From Gammaproteobacteria bacterium (GTDB taxonomy: Bacteria; Pseudomonadota; Gammaproteobacteria; UBA9214): a stretch of DNA of 32,313 nucleotides. The notes beneath the pieces were generated by a model. It saw nothing but the letters and a program-made list of their open reading frames with translations. It was not told the origin of the DNA and made no database searches. A program made the position numbers and the translations under genes. The stretch's first letter is position 1. Each line of letters begins with the position of its first letter. Positions 9,568 to 18,240 of the stretch are shown piece by piece. The stretch lies in contig JAOTTU010000003.1 of assembly GCA_029864225.1 (NCBI GenBank), positions 1 to 32,313 of the forward strand, read 5' to 3'.

Positions 9568-11712
9568 GTGAGTGACAACAAAAATCTCCACCTGGTAATC
9601 GTGGAGGCATCAAGTAAAAAGGCCCAGTCATGCGCGGCCATACTTGAAGGGGCAGGCCATGCCGTTCAGCTTGACCAGGTAAAGGGCATCAAGGCCCTGG
9701 AAGACCTGTTCGACGATACGGACCCGGACATTGTCATCTACGGCGAAGGCGCAAATATTCCTGAACTCGAGCTTGTGTCGGCCTGGCTGGCGGACCACGC
9801 CAGCAACATCCCCCTGGTCGTTGTTGCGCGTGAAGGCGCCGAAGGCCGCCCAGGCGCCATGAACTCGGGCGCAACCGCCGTGATCTCGCTTGACCAGCCA
9901 GGCGACCTGGTGGCGACCATCCGCAAGGTACTGGACAACGCAGCCCTGAACCGCCGGATCTGCGGGCTCGAGGAGGCAGTGGAAACCATCCACCTGCAAC
10001 AGCGCGTCGATCAACTCGAGAGGGCTCTGCAGGAAAAGGAAAAGTACTGCACAAATCTGCTGGAAAATTCCCGCGATGCCATCGCCTATGTTTATAACGG
10101 TTACTACCAGTACGCCAACCCAGCCTACCTGAGCCAATTTGGAATCGATGGCCTTGCAGGGCTGAATGGCACACCCCTGCTGGAACGGGTCGAGCCGAGC
10201 GATCACGCGGCACTCGAGAGCCTGCTGCACAACTGCCATCACACAGGCGACGCTGTGACAGTCAGGATCGGGTTGACGGATAAGAGGGGGCTGTCACGCA
10301 GGACCGCCGTTGAATTTGCACCGGCCAGTTTCGAAAACAAACGCTGTACCCGAATGACCATCCGTGCACCGGCACAGGCGGCGGGCACCGAAATGACGCC
10401 GGATACACTCGGCCAGGAAAATCTGTTTGCCGGAGCATACAACCGCCAGTACTTCATGCAAATCATGGAGGACAGCCTCGGCAACCCCGACAAGGCAGGC
10501 AAGTACCAGACGCTGACCTATCGGCTGCTGGATGACTTCCGGGCCATACGCGAGAATTTCGGCATCTACGCCTGCGACCAGACCATCAGGAACATCGCCG
10601 CCCTGATCCAGAGGAACTACGATAAAGAAGACACGGTAGCCCAGTTCGGGGACTACGTATTTGCCATCCTCAACACCTCGCAGAACGAGGACGGTGCCTA
10701 CCTGCTTGCCGAGTCCGTGCGCAAGCAGATCAAGAAACACGTCACCGTGGTTGGCGGTCAGGTCATTCAGACCACCTGCAGCATCGGCATGTGCGTCATC
10801 AAAGAACACATGAAGGATGCCCAGGATGTGTTATCGCGCGCAGACCTCGCCTGCGAGGTCGCCCGCTCGTCCGGCGGCAACCTGGTGCATGTCCACAGTA
10901 CGGCCATTGACGAGCAGATCGACGGGGATCTCGAACTGCAATGGGACGAGATGATACGCAAGACCATCGATGACGAACGCCTGTACCTTGTGTACCAGCC
11001 CATAGTCAGCCTGGGCGGCGACACCGGCAGGGGCTACGAGGTCCTGCTCAGGGTAGTTGATGAGAAAGGCCAGGTCATTCTGCCCGGCCAGTTCATCTCC
11101 CTGGCGGGAAAGATCAGTATGAGCGCTGAAATTGACCGCTGGGTTATCAGCTCGGCGCTAAGATCACTGCGCGAAATACATGCTTGGGACAGTGAGTTAG
11201 CGTTCTTTATCAAGGTCTCGGCCGCCACGCTCTCGGATGGAGAGTTCCCGGCGTGGCTGGCGCAGCAGCTGAAGGAACACGAATTGCAAGGCAGTGCGGT
11301 CATTTTTGAGATACCGGAGACCACTGCCGTGAATCATACCGCCGCCACCTCGGGCTTCATCAACAGCATGCAGAAAATCGGCTGCCGGATAGCTATCGAG
11401 CATTTCGGTCACTTGAGCCCGTTCGAACTGATACACGATCTCGCCGTGGACTTCCTGAAGATCGACGGATCTCTTATCGAGGGCCTTGCCTACAGCGGGG
11501 AGAACCAGACCAGGGTACGTTCCGTGGTGGATTTTGCCCGGACCACAAAGACGCGGTGCATTGCCGAACGTGTCGATGATGCCAGCAGTCTGGTCACGCT
11601 GTGGCAGTACAACGTGGACTACATCCAGGGTAATTTCGTACGGGAACCCGGCAAGGAGCCCGGTTACGACTTTGAAGATGCCATCGCGTTGCACAACCTG
11701 GCGGAGACCTGA
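9568..11712 (+). CDS. fimX: FimX-like protein: degenerate REC - PAS - degenerate GGDEF - EAL
   Basis: PAS-like ENSRDAIAYV..YANPAYL; GGDEF position reads GDYVF; EAL position reads YEVLLR; DDFG loop reads EHFG; FLKIDGS, AERVDD, YIQG. Confidence 0.75.
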   Translation: MSDNKNLHLVIVEASSKKAQSCAAILEGAGHAVQLDQVKGIKALEDLFDDTDPDIVIYGEGANIPELELVSAWLADHASNIPLVVVAREGAEGRPGAMNSGATAVISLDQPGDLVATIRKVLDNAALNRRICGLEEAVETIHLQQRVDQLERALQEKEKYCTNLLENSRDAIAYVYNGYYQYANPAYLSQFGIDGLAGLNGTPLLERVEPSDHAALESLLHNCHHTGDAVTVRIGLTDKRGLSRRTAVEFAPASFENKRCTRMTIRAPAQAAGTEMTPDTLGQENLFAGAYNRQYFMQIMEDSLGNPDKAGKYQTLTYRLLDDFRAIRENFGIYACDQTIRNIAALIQRNYDKEDTVAQFGDYVFAILNTSQNEDGAYLLAESVRKQIKKHVTVVGGQVIQTTCSIGMCVIKEHMKDAQDVLSRADLACEVARSSGGNLVHVHSTAIDEQIDGDLELQWDEMIRKTIDDERLYLVYQPIVSLGGDTGRGYEVLLRVVDEKGQVILPGQFISLAGKISMSAEIDRWVISSALRSLREIHAWDSELAFFIKVSAATLSDGEFPAWLAQQLKEHELQGSAVIFEIPETTAVNHTAATSGFINSMQKIGCRIAIEHFGHLSPFELIHDLAVDFLKIDGSLIEGLAYSGENQTRVRSVVDFARTTKTRCIAERVDDASSLVTLWQYNVDYIQGNFVREPGKEPGYDFEDAIALHNLAET

Positions 11713-11829
11713 GCCCTGCCGAACTGCAATGACAGATTTACCGAAGCAATGCCAGCCAGCAAACCAACAAACCGGCCCGCGATTGGTCCGTTATCACGGG
11801 AAGAAAACCATGCGGAGTATCGGGCCAGT

Positions 11830-13056
11830 TCAATCCAGCACGTGAGAGACCAGGCCATCGGCAAGCTTGGGTTCGAACCAGGTGGACTTGGGCGGCATCA
11901 CCTCGCCGGCATCGGCTACCGCCATCAGGTCTTCCATGCGCGTGGCATACATGGAGAACGCCACCTGCATTTCACCACTGTCAACGCGTCGCTCCAGCCC
12001 CCCGAGCCCCCGGATACCGCCGACAAAGTCGATGCGCTGGTCGCGCCGCGGGTCAGTGATGCCCAGCACCGGGGCCAGCAGGTTGTCGGCCAGCAGGCTG
12101 ACATCAAGACGCGCCACCGGGTCTGCCGGTACCCTGTCGGGGTAAATGGTCAGGCGATACCATTGCCCGGCAAGATACATCCCGAACTCGCCCGGCCCTG
12201 CCGGGTGACAGGCAGCACTGACCGGGGACACGCTAAAGTTGTCGCTCAGACCGGCCAGGAAGGTCTCCGGGCTCATACCGTTCAGGTCCCTGACCACGCG
12301 GTTGTAGTCAAGAATCTTCATCTGGTCGTGAGGAAAGATCACCGCGAGAAAATACGCGGCGCTGCTGTCGGCACCCCGCCCGACCCGGTTGGCGGCCACC
12401 CGCGACGCGGCAGCCGAACGGTGATGACCGTCGGCGATATAAAGGGCCTCCATGGCATCAAATGCCCCGCTGATCCGTCTGATCAGGGCGTCATCACTGA
12501 TTACCCAGAGGCGGTGTCCGATGCCGTCATCGGAAACAAGATCGACAACCGGCTGGGTGTGCGTCACCGCTTCCAGCAGGCCATCAACAGAGGCCTGCGC
12601 GCGGTAGGCAAGCAACACCGGCCCGGTCTGGGCATTGAGTGCCTCGATCTGCCTCACCCTGTCATCTTCCTTGTCGGGCCGGGTGAATTCGTGCTTGCGG
12701 ATGCGATTGCTGTTGTACTCGCTGACCGAGGCCACCGCCACCAGGCCGGTTTGGCGATGCTCGCCCATAACCAGCTGGTAGACGTAGTAACAGGGGCTGG
12801 AGTCCCTGCGCAGGATGCCCGCGGTTTCCATCCTGGCCAGATTCGCAGCAGCCGTTTCATAGACCAGCGGATCGTAGGGATTGGTGCCTTCAGGCAGGTC
12901 AATCTCCGCCCTGGAAATATGCAGAAAGCTCCACGGCCGGTCCTGTGCAAGGTTTCGCGCCTCGGCGCTGTTGAGAACATCGTAGGGGGGCGCAATTACG
13001 TCAGCGGCCCGATCATCAACGGGACGCAGCCCGGCGAAAGGACGAATGAGTGTCAT
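11830..13056 (-). CDS. DUF1015 family protein
   Basis: IRPFAGLRP..APPYDV, IRKHEFTRPDKEDDR, YIADGHHRSAAA, MPPKSTWFEPKL. Confidence 0.9.
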   Translation of the reverse strand: MTLIRPFAGLRPVDDRAADVIAPPYDVLNSAEARNLAQDRPWSFLHISRAEIDLPEGTNPYDPLVYETAAANLARMETAGILRRDSSPCYYVYQLVMGEHRQTGLVAVASVSEYNSNRIRKHEFTRPDKEDDRVRQIEALNAQTGPVLLAYRAQASVDGLLEAVTHTQPVVDLVSDDGIGHRLWVISDDALIRRISGAFDAMEALYIADGHHRSAAASRVAANRVGRGADSSAAYFLAVIFPHDQMKILDYNRVVRDLNGMSPETFLAGLSDNFSVSPVSAACHPAGPGEFGMYLAGQWYRLTIYPDRVPADPVARLDVSLLADNLLAPVLGITDPRRDQRIDFVGGIRGLGGLERRVDSGEMQVAFSMYATRMEDLMAVADAGEVMPPKSTWFEPKLADGLVSHVLD

Positions 13057-13214
13057 ATGGAAAGCCTGGTGTCGTTCGGATACCTAAGCCCGCTATTGTA
13101 CACACCGGCAGAAAAGCTCGCGATTGGCATTGGCGGCGACCAGGCGGCGAACAGCGCCCACTACAGCCGTGAATGCAACAGAGGCACCCCGGCTGCACCC
13201 CGGGGTAATACGCT

Positions 13215-14873
13215 ATGACGGGTATCATCTCCAGGACGGCAGGCAGCGTCGGGGGCTGGTTGGCAGCACGGCTCGAACACCTGCGCGCGGCATTCCGCAG
13301 GTTCTTCGCGGGCATCTTCCATCCCGTCTATGTCAGACTGGCCTGGTTGGGCAGCACGTTACGCGATATCAACGAGCGCCTGACCCACAAGCTGCAGCAG
13401 ATAGCGCTGGTCTACAAGCTCTCGCTGCTGATTACTGTCCTGGTGGTTACCTGTATGACGCTGCTGGGGTCGATCATTATCCAGCAGCAAACCCGGTTAT
13501 TCGAGAACCAGTTGCATGACCAGGGTACGGCCCTGGTGAAGCTGATGGCGCAGGCTGCCAGGGAACCGCTGCTGGCCGACGACCAGCTTGCTATGGACGT
13601 CATCACGACAGGGTTCACGGACAACAGCAATGTCATGGGAAGCGCCCTGATTTCACTCGACGCTGAAACGGTCTCCCATGCCGGCAGCTTTCACGACGGG
13701 AATAACAAGCGCCAGCGGGGGGTGCTGCTCGAATTGATCAAGGAGGCACCCGGGTCCCGGGACTGGTACTGGCCGGCATCATTGAAAACGTCTGCCCGCA
13801 AGGTCATTTCCTACATCCATCCCATCACCTTCCAGGATGTGACTGTGGGGTATGTCTTGTCCACATTCAGCCAGGCGGCCATGGAACAGTCGCTGCGCAA
13901 GGCAATTCAGGCCATTACCGGCGCGACACTCCTGATCATCATGCTGGGTGTCGCCATGGCGATCGCCCTCGGACGGCGCATCTCCGACCCCATTGACCAG
14001 CTGGTCGACGCCAGCCGTGCCCTCGGCAAGGGCGAATTCACTGCGAAATTCAGTTTCAGGGAACGCCGCACAGATGAACTCGGGCAGTTGATGGCCTCGC
14101 TCAACAGCATGGCTGAAGGCATGCTGGAGAAATCACAGGTCAAGCAGGCACTGTCACGCTACGTTTCCCCGGAAGTCGCCAAAGTGGTTTTTGCCAACCT
14201 GGATGATATCGAGCTCGGCGGCAAGCAGATCGAGGGCACGGTCGTCTTCGCGGACATTGTCGGCTTTACCCGGATTGCCGAGAACACCCGGCCCGAAGAC
14301 CTGGTGGATATATTGAACAGGTATTTCACCCTGATCACGCGGGCCTGTGAAACCAACCAGGGGACCGTCGACAAGTACATGGGGGATGGTGTCATGCTGA
14401 TTTTCGGCGCACCGCAACCTGACGAGGAACATCGCTTTCATGCCATCAATTGTGCCGTATTGATACAACGCCTGATCGAACATGAAAACCGGCTGCGTGA
14501 GCAGCAGGGCCTGTTTCCCGTGAAGTTCCGGATCGGAATTAACTCCGGCACGATGCTGGCGGGCAATATGGGCTCGAAGGAACGAATGGAATACACCGTT
14601 GTCGGCGATACCGTCAACCTCGCCTCCCGCCTTTGCGGTATCGCGAACAGCGGGCAAATCGTGATTTCCCGGCACCTCTACCTGAACGCCGATGTACGCG
14701 AACGGGTGCTTGCCGGGGAGTACCAGGCCATCCGCCTGCGCGGCATCAAGGACCCCGTTAGTACCTACCTGGTCGAGGCAGTCACCGTAGGCTGGCAACA
14801 CCAGCTCGAGGAACAGTTCCGGGCGGTGACCCGGCCCGAGGAAGATGAACGCAGTGATGCGAAAATCGGCTAA
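13215..14873 (+). CDS. Membrane class III adenylate cyclase (2 TM, Smp/YtjB-like periplasmic region, HAMP, cyclase)
   Basis: Two hydrophobic helices; HAMP (PIDQLVDASRALGKGEF...DELGQLMASLNSM); cyclase motifs FADIVGFT, DKYMGDG, RIGINSG, EYTVVGDTVNLASRL. Confidence 0.9.
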   Translation: MTGIISRTAGSVGGWLAARLEHLRAAFRRFFAGIFHPVYVRLAWLGSTLRDINERLTHKLQQIALVYKLSLLITVLVVTCMTLLGSIIIQQQTRLFENQLHDQGTALVKLMAQAAREPLLADDQLAMDVITTGFTDNSNVMGSALISLDAETVSHAGSFHDGNNKRQRGVLLELIKEAPGSRDWYWPASLKTSARKVISYIHPITFQDVTVGYVLSTFSQAAMEQSLRKAIQAITGATLLIIMLGVAMAIALGRRISDPIDQLVDASRALGKGEFTAKFSFRERRTDELGQLMASLNSMAEGMLEKSQVKQALSRYVSPEVAKVVFANLDDIELGGKQIEGTVVFADIVGFTRIAENTRPEDLVDILNRYFTLITRACETNQGTVDKYMGDGVMLIFGAPQPDEEHRFHAINCAVLIQRLIEHENRLREQQGLFPVKFRIGINSGTMLAGNMGSKERMEYTVVGDTVNLASRLCGIANSGQIVISRHLYLNADVRERVLAGEYQAIRLRGIKDPVSTYLVEAVTVGWQHQLEEQFRAVTRPEEDERSDAKIG

Positions 14874-15957
14874 TCTGCTGGTGATACTGGCACTCCTGCC
14901 GCTGCTGGCAGGCTGCCCGCATATCGATACCCTTCGGGTGACTCCTGACCGTCCGGAGGACCTGGAGGCCCTGCTAAAACAGAACGAATTCGCCCGCATC
15001 CAGGGACTGCTTGAGCGGCACACCGAGCTTGATACAGCCGGGCTGCAGACAGTCCTGGACAGTCACATCGGCGCCTACGAGGACAACACCCTGGCAGATG
15101 CGCGCACCCGGGAATCGGAGGGTGACTTGCGCGCTGCCATTGCACGCCTGGATGACGCCCTGTCAAGGCTGCCTTCCAGCACAAGGCTGGACGACTATAA
15201 GACCGCGCTGGAAGCCCGGCGTACAGAGCGCCTGCAGGAAACCGGACGCCGCGAATTGCTGGCCCGGGCGCGCTACCTTGTCGAGCTACGGCAACTGCAG
15301 CACGAGAAACTGCAGCTGGAATCACCCGGGATCGCCGAGCGCTGGAAGCACAGTACCAGCCAGCAGGAGGCCGGGGCTCTCGGCGCTGAACTGCTGGCAT
15401 GCGGTCAACGCGCCCTGCAGCAGGACGAGCTGGGCAGTGCATCTGCCTGCCTGCGCATGGCCGAGACCCTCAACAACGGCCCGGAGGTGCAGTCAGCCCT
15501 GGCCGAGCTGGCAAGCAGGTCCGACAGCACCCGGCGAGTTCAGGACGTACCTGCACCGGCAAGATCCGTCAGGCAGGCGAACACCGGGAGGCAGCAATCC
15601 GGCCAGCAGAACAGCAGGCAACAGCTGCTCGCACAGACCGAACAGGCGCTGCAACAGAACGACCTGGTCACGGCCCGCAAGACCTTTCATGAACTCGAGG
15701 AAAAGACCGGCGCCAGCAATGAAATCGATGCAGTTAAAAAGCGCCTCGAAGCCGCCGTCAAGGCCAGCGTTGACGGGCTGACGCGCCAGGGCGACAGCTT
15801 GTACCGCGCCGAGAAGGTCAACGAGGCCATCACCTCATGGAATCATGCACTTGAGCTAGATCCGGACAATGTCAATCTCCACAAACGCCTGGCACGTGCC
15901 CGCAAGGTACTGGCGCGCCTGGAGGAATTGAAAAGCCGGCAGACAACAAGCCCGTGA
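14857..15957 (+). CDS. Helical/TPR-repeat lipoprotein
   Basis: MRKSANLLVILALLPLLAGC lipobox; C-terminal TPR-like GDSLYRAEKVNEAITSWNHALELDPDN; overlaps the cyclase stop. Alternative starts 14845 or 14854. Confidence 0.75.
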   Translation: MRKSANLLVILALLPLLAGCPHIDTLRVTPDRPEDLEALLKQNEFARIQGLLERHTELDTAGLQTVLDSHIGAYEDNTLADARTRESEGDLRAAIARLDDALSRLPSSTRLDDYKTALEARRTERLQETGRRELLARARYLVELRQLQHEKLQLESPGIAERWKHSTSQQEAGALGAELLACGQRALQQDELGSASACLRMAETLNNGPEVQSALAELASRSDSTRRVQDVPAPARSVRQANTGRQQSGQQNSRQQLLAQTEQALQQNDLVTARKTFHELEEKTGASNEIDAVKKRLEAAVKASVDGLTRQGDSLYRAEKVNEAITSWNHALELDPDNVNLHKRLARARKVLARLEELKSRQTTSP

Positions 15958-15967
15958 GTGGGCCGCG

Positions 15968-18220
15968 TCAGGAACCGACGACCTCGATGGCATCCACCTT
16001 CTGGTAGCCACGCGGCAGTTTCAGTCCGCGCCTGCCGCGCTCGCCGGCAAATTCGTCCACCTCCCCTGCCTTCATGGTCTTGTATTTCTTACCGGCACGC
16101 ACCAGCAGCTTCTCACCGTCCTGAATACACTCCATGGCTGCAACATATTCATTCCGGCTCTTCAGCTTCGCTGCGGGGATGTTGATGATTTTGTTGCCCT
16201 TGCCGCGCGCCAGCCGGGGCAGTTCGGCGAGCGGGATGACCAGCATATACCCGGCCGTCGTGACCGCGACGATCCAGTCATCCGCCTGGCTCCTGACGGG
16301 CACCGGTCTCAGCGCAGCGCATCCCCTGGGGACCGAAAGCACGGCCTTGCCGGACTTGTTGCGGGTATAAAGGTCACCCAGTCGCGCAACGAACCCATAA
16401 CCCGAATCGGAAGCGAGCAAATACAACTGGTCCGGGTCGCCGGCCATAACACCGACAAAACGTGCGCCGTCAGCCGGCTTCAGGCGTCCACTCAGCGGCT
16501 CACCCTGGCCGCGCGCCGGCGGCAGCAAATGGGTTGGTACGGCATAGGTGCGTCCCGTGGAGTCGAGGAACACTGCAAGCTGGTTGCTGCGGCAGCGCAC
16601 AGCAGCGGCGTATTCATCCCCGGCCTTGTAGCTCATCTCCGTCGGATTGATCTCGTGGCCCTTGGCCACCCGCACCCAGCCATTCGTCGACAGCACTACA
16701 GTCACCGGCTCGCTGGGAATCAACGCCGTTTCGTTCATGGCCTGGGCGGCCTCGCGCTCCACCAGTGAGGAATTGCGTGCATCGCCGTACTTTTCGGCAT
16801 CCGCCTTGATTTCCTTCTTGATCAGCGTCTTCAGACGCTGTGCCGATCCCAGGATCTTCTGTAACTCGTCACGTTCCACGGCCAGCTCTTTCTGCTCATC
16901 CCTGATCTTCATCTCCTCCAGACGGGCCAGCTGCCGCAGGCGGGTGTCGAGGATGTAATCCGCCTGGTCCTCGGACAGCTTGAAGCGTTTGATCAGCGCC
17001 GGTTTGGGCTTGTCCTCGGTGCGTATGATGCGGATCACCTCGTCGAGGTTGAGAAAGGCAATCAGCAGACCATCCAGCAGGTGCAGGCGGCGGCATACTT
17101 TTTCCAGGCGGTACTCAAGGCGCCGGCGCACGGTGGTGGTGCGAAACGCCAACCATTCCTTGAGGATGGTGCGCAGGTCCTTGACCTGCGGGCGCCTGTC
17201 CAGCCCGATCATGTTGAGATTGATGCGTACGCTGCGCTCCAGGTCGGTGGTCGCAAACAGGTGCGTCATCAGGGCCTCGGCATCCACGCGGTTGGAGCGC
17301 GGCACAATGACCAGCCGTGTCGGGTTCTCGTGATCGGATTCGTCGCGCAAGTCCTCGACCATGGGCAGCTTCTTGGCCGTCATCTGTGCCGCGATCTGCT
17401 CCAGGACCTTGCTCCCCGAGGTCTGGTACGGCAGCGCGATGATCACGATATCGCCGTTTTCCTCTTCATAGCGGGCCCGCAGGCGCACACTTCCGCGCCC
17501 GGTCTTGTAGACCTCGATCAGTTCGGCCTTCGGAGTGATGATCTCGGCACCGGTGGGGAAGTCCGGACCCTGTATGTGCTCGCACAGCTCCTCCACTGTG
17601 CTCTTCGGATTTTCCAGCAAGTGGATGGTCGCTGCAGCGACCTCGGTGAGATTATGCGGCGGGATGTCGGTTGCCATGCCGACGGCAATTCCGGTGGCGC
17701 CGTTCAGCAGCACCGAGGGCAGTCGCGCTGGCAACAGCTCGGGTTCCTGCAGGGTACCATCGAAGTTAGGAACCCAGTCCACCGTGCCCTGCCCCAGCTC
17801 AGCGAGCAGTATGTCCGCGTAAGCCGCCAGCCGCGATTCGGTATAGCGCATGGCGGCAAACGACTTGGGATCATCCGGCGAACCCCAGTTGCCCTGGCCA
17901 TCGACGAGCGGGTAGCGGGTGGTGAAGGGCTGCGCCAGATGCACCATGGCCTCGTAGCAGGCGGAATCACCATGCGGGTGGAACTTGCCCAGCACGTCAC
18001 CGACGGTGCGGGCCGATTTCTTGTATTTCGCGGCTGCCGAAAGGGCCAGTTCCGACATCGCATAGACGATGCGCCGCTGTACCGGCTTGAGGCCATCACC
18101 GATGTGCGGCAGCGCACGGTCGAGAATGACGTACATGGAATAATCCAGGTAGGCCTTCTCGGTAAAGGTCTTCAACGGCAGCTGTTCGATGCCTTCGTAG
18201 TCAAGCTCAAGTGTTTCCAT
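15968..18220 (-). CDS. parC: DNA topoisomerase IV subunit A
   Basis: [25 protein letters not shown], catalytic AAMRYTE; 750 aa; follows parE. Confidence 0.97.
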   Translation of the reverse strand: METLELDYEGIEQLPLKTFTEKAYLDYSMYVILDRALPHIGDGLKPVQRRIVYAMSELALSAAAKYKKSARTVGDVLGKFHPHGDSACYEAMVHLAQPFTTRYPLVDGQGNWGSPDDPKSFAAMRYTESRLAAYADILLAELGQGTVDWVPNFDGTLQEPELLPARLPSVLLNGATGIAVGMATDIPPHNLTEVAAATIHLLENPKSTVEELCEHIQGPDFPTGAEIITPKAELIEVYKTGRGSVRLRARYEEENGDIVIIALPYQTSGSKVLEQIAAQMTAKKLPMVEDLRDESDHENPTRLVIVPRSNRVDAEALMTHLFATTDLERSVRINLNMIGLDRRPQVKDLRTILKEWLAFRTTTVRRRLEYRLEKVCRRLHLLDGLLIAFLNLDEVIRIIRTEDKPKPALIKRFKLSEDQADYILDTRLRQLARLEEMKIRDEQKELAVERDELQKILGSAQRLKTLIKKEIKADAEKYGDARNSSLVEREAAQAMNETALIPSEPVTVVLSTNGWVRVAKGHEINPTEMSYKAGDEYAAAVRCRSNQLAVFLDSTGRTYAVPTHLLPPARGQGEPLSGRLKPADGARFVGVMAGDPDQLYLLASDSGYGFVARLGDLYTRNKSGKAVLSVPRGCAALRPVPVRSQADDWIVAVTTAGYMLVIPLAELPRLARGKGNKIINIPAAKLKSRNEYVAAMECIQDGEKLLVRAGKKYKTMKAGEVDEFAGERGRRGLKLPRGYQKVDAIEVVGS

Positions 18221-18240
18221 TAGCTGTCACCCAGTGTCTG

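Noticed and set aside
9338-9631. 97-aa minus-strand ORF in the GNAT-fimX gap
   Set aside because: Overlaps the fimX-like start, no motifs; more likely promoter DNA
11749-13218. 489-aa plus-strand ORF
   Set aside because: Antisense shadow of the DUF1015 gene; no recognisable motifs; expected in GC-rich DNA
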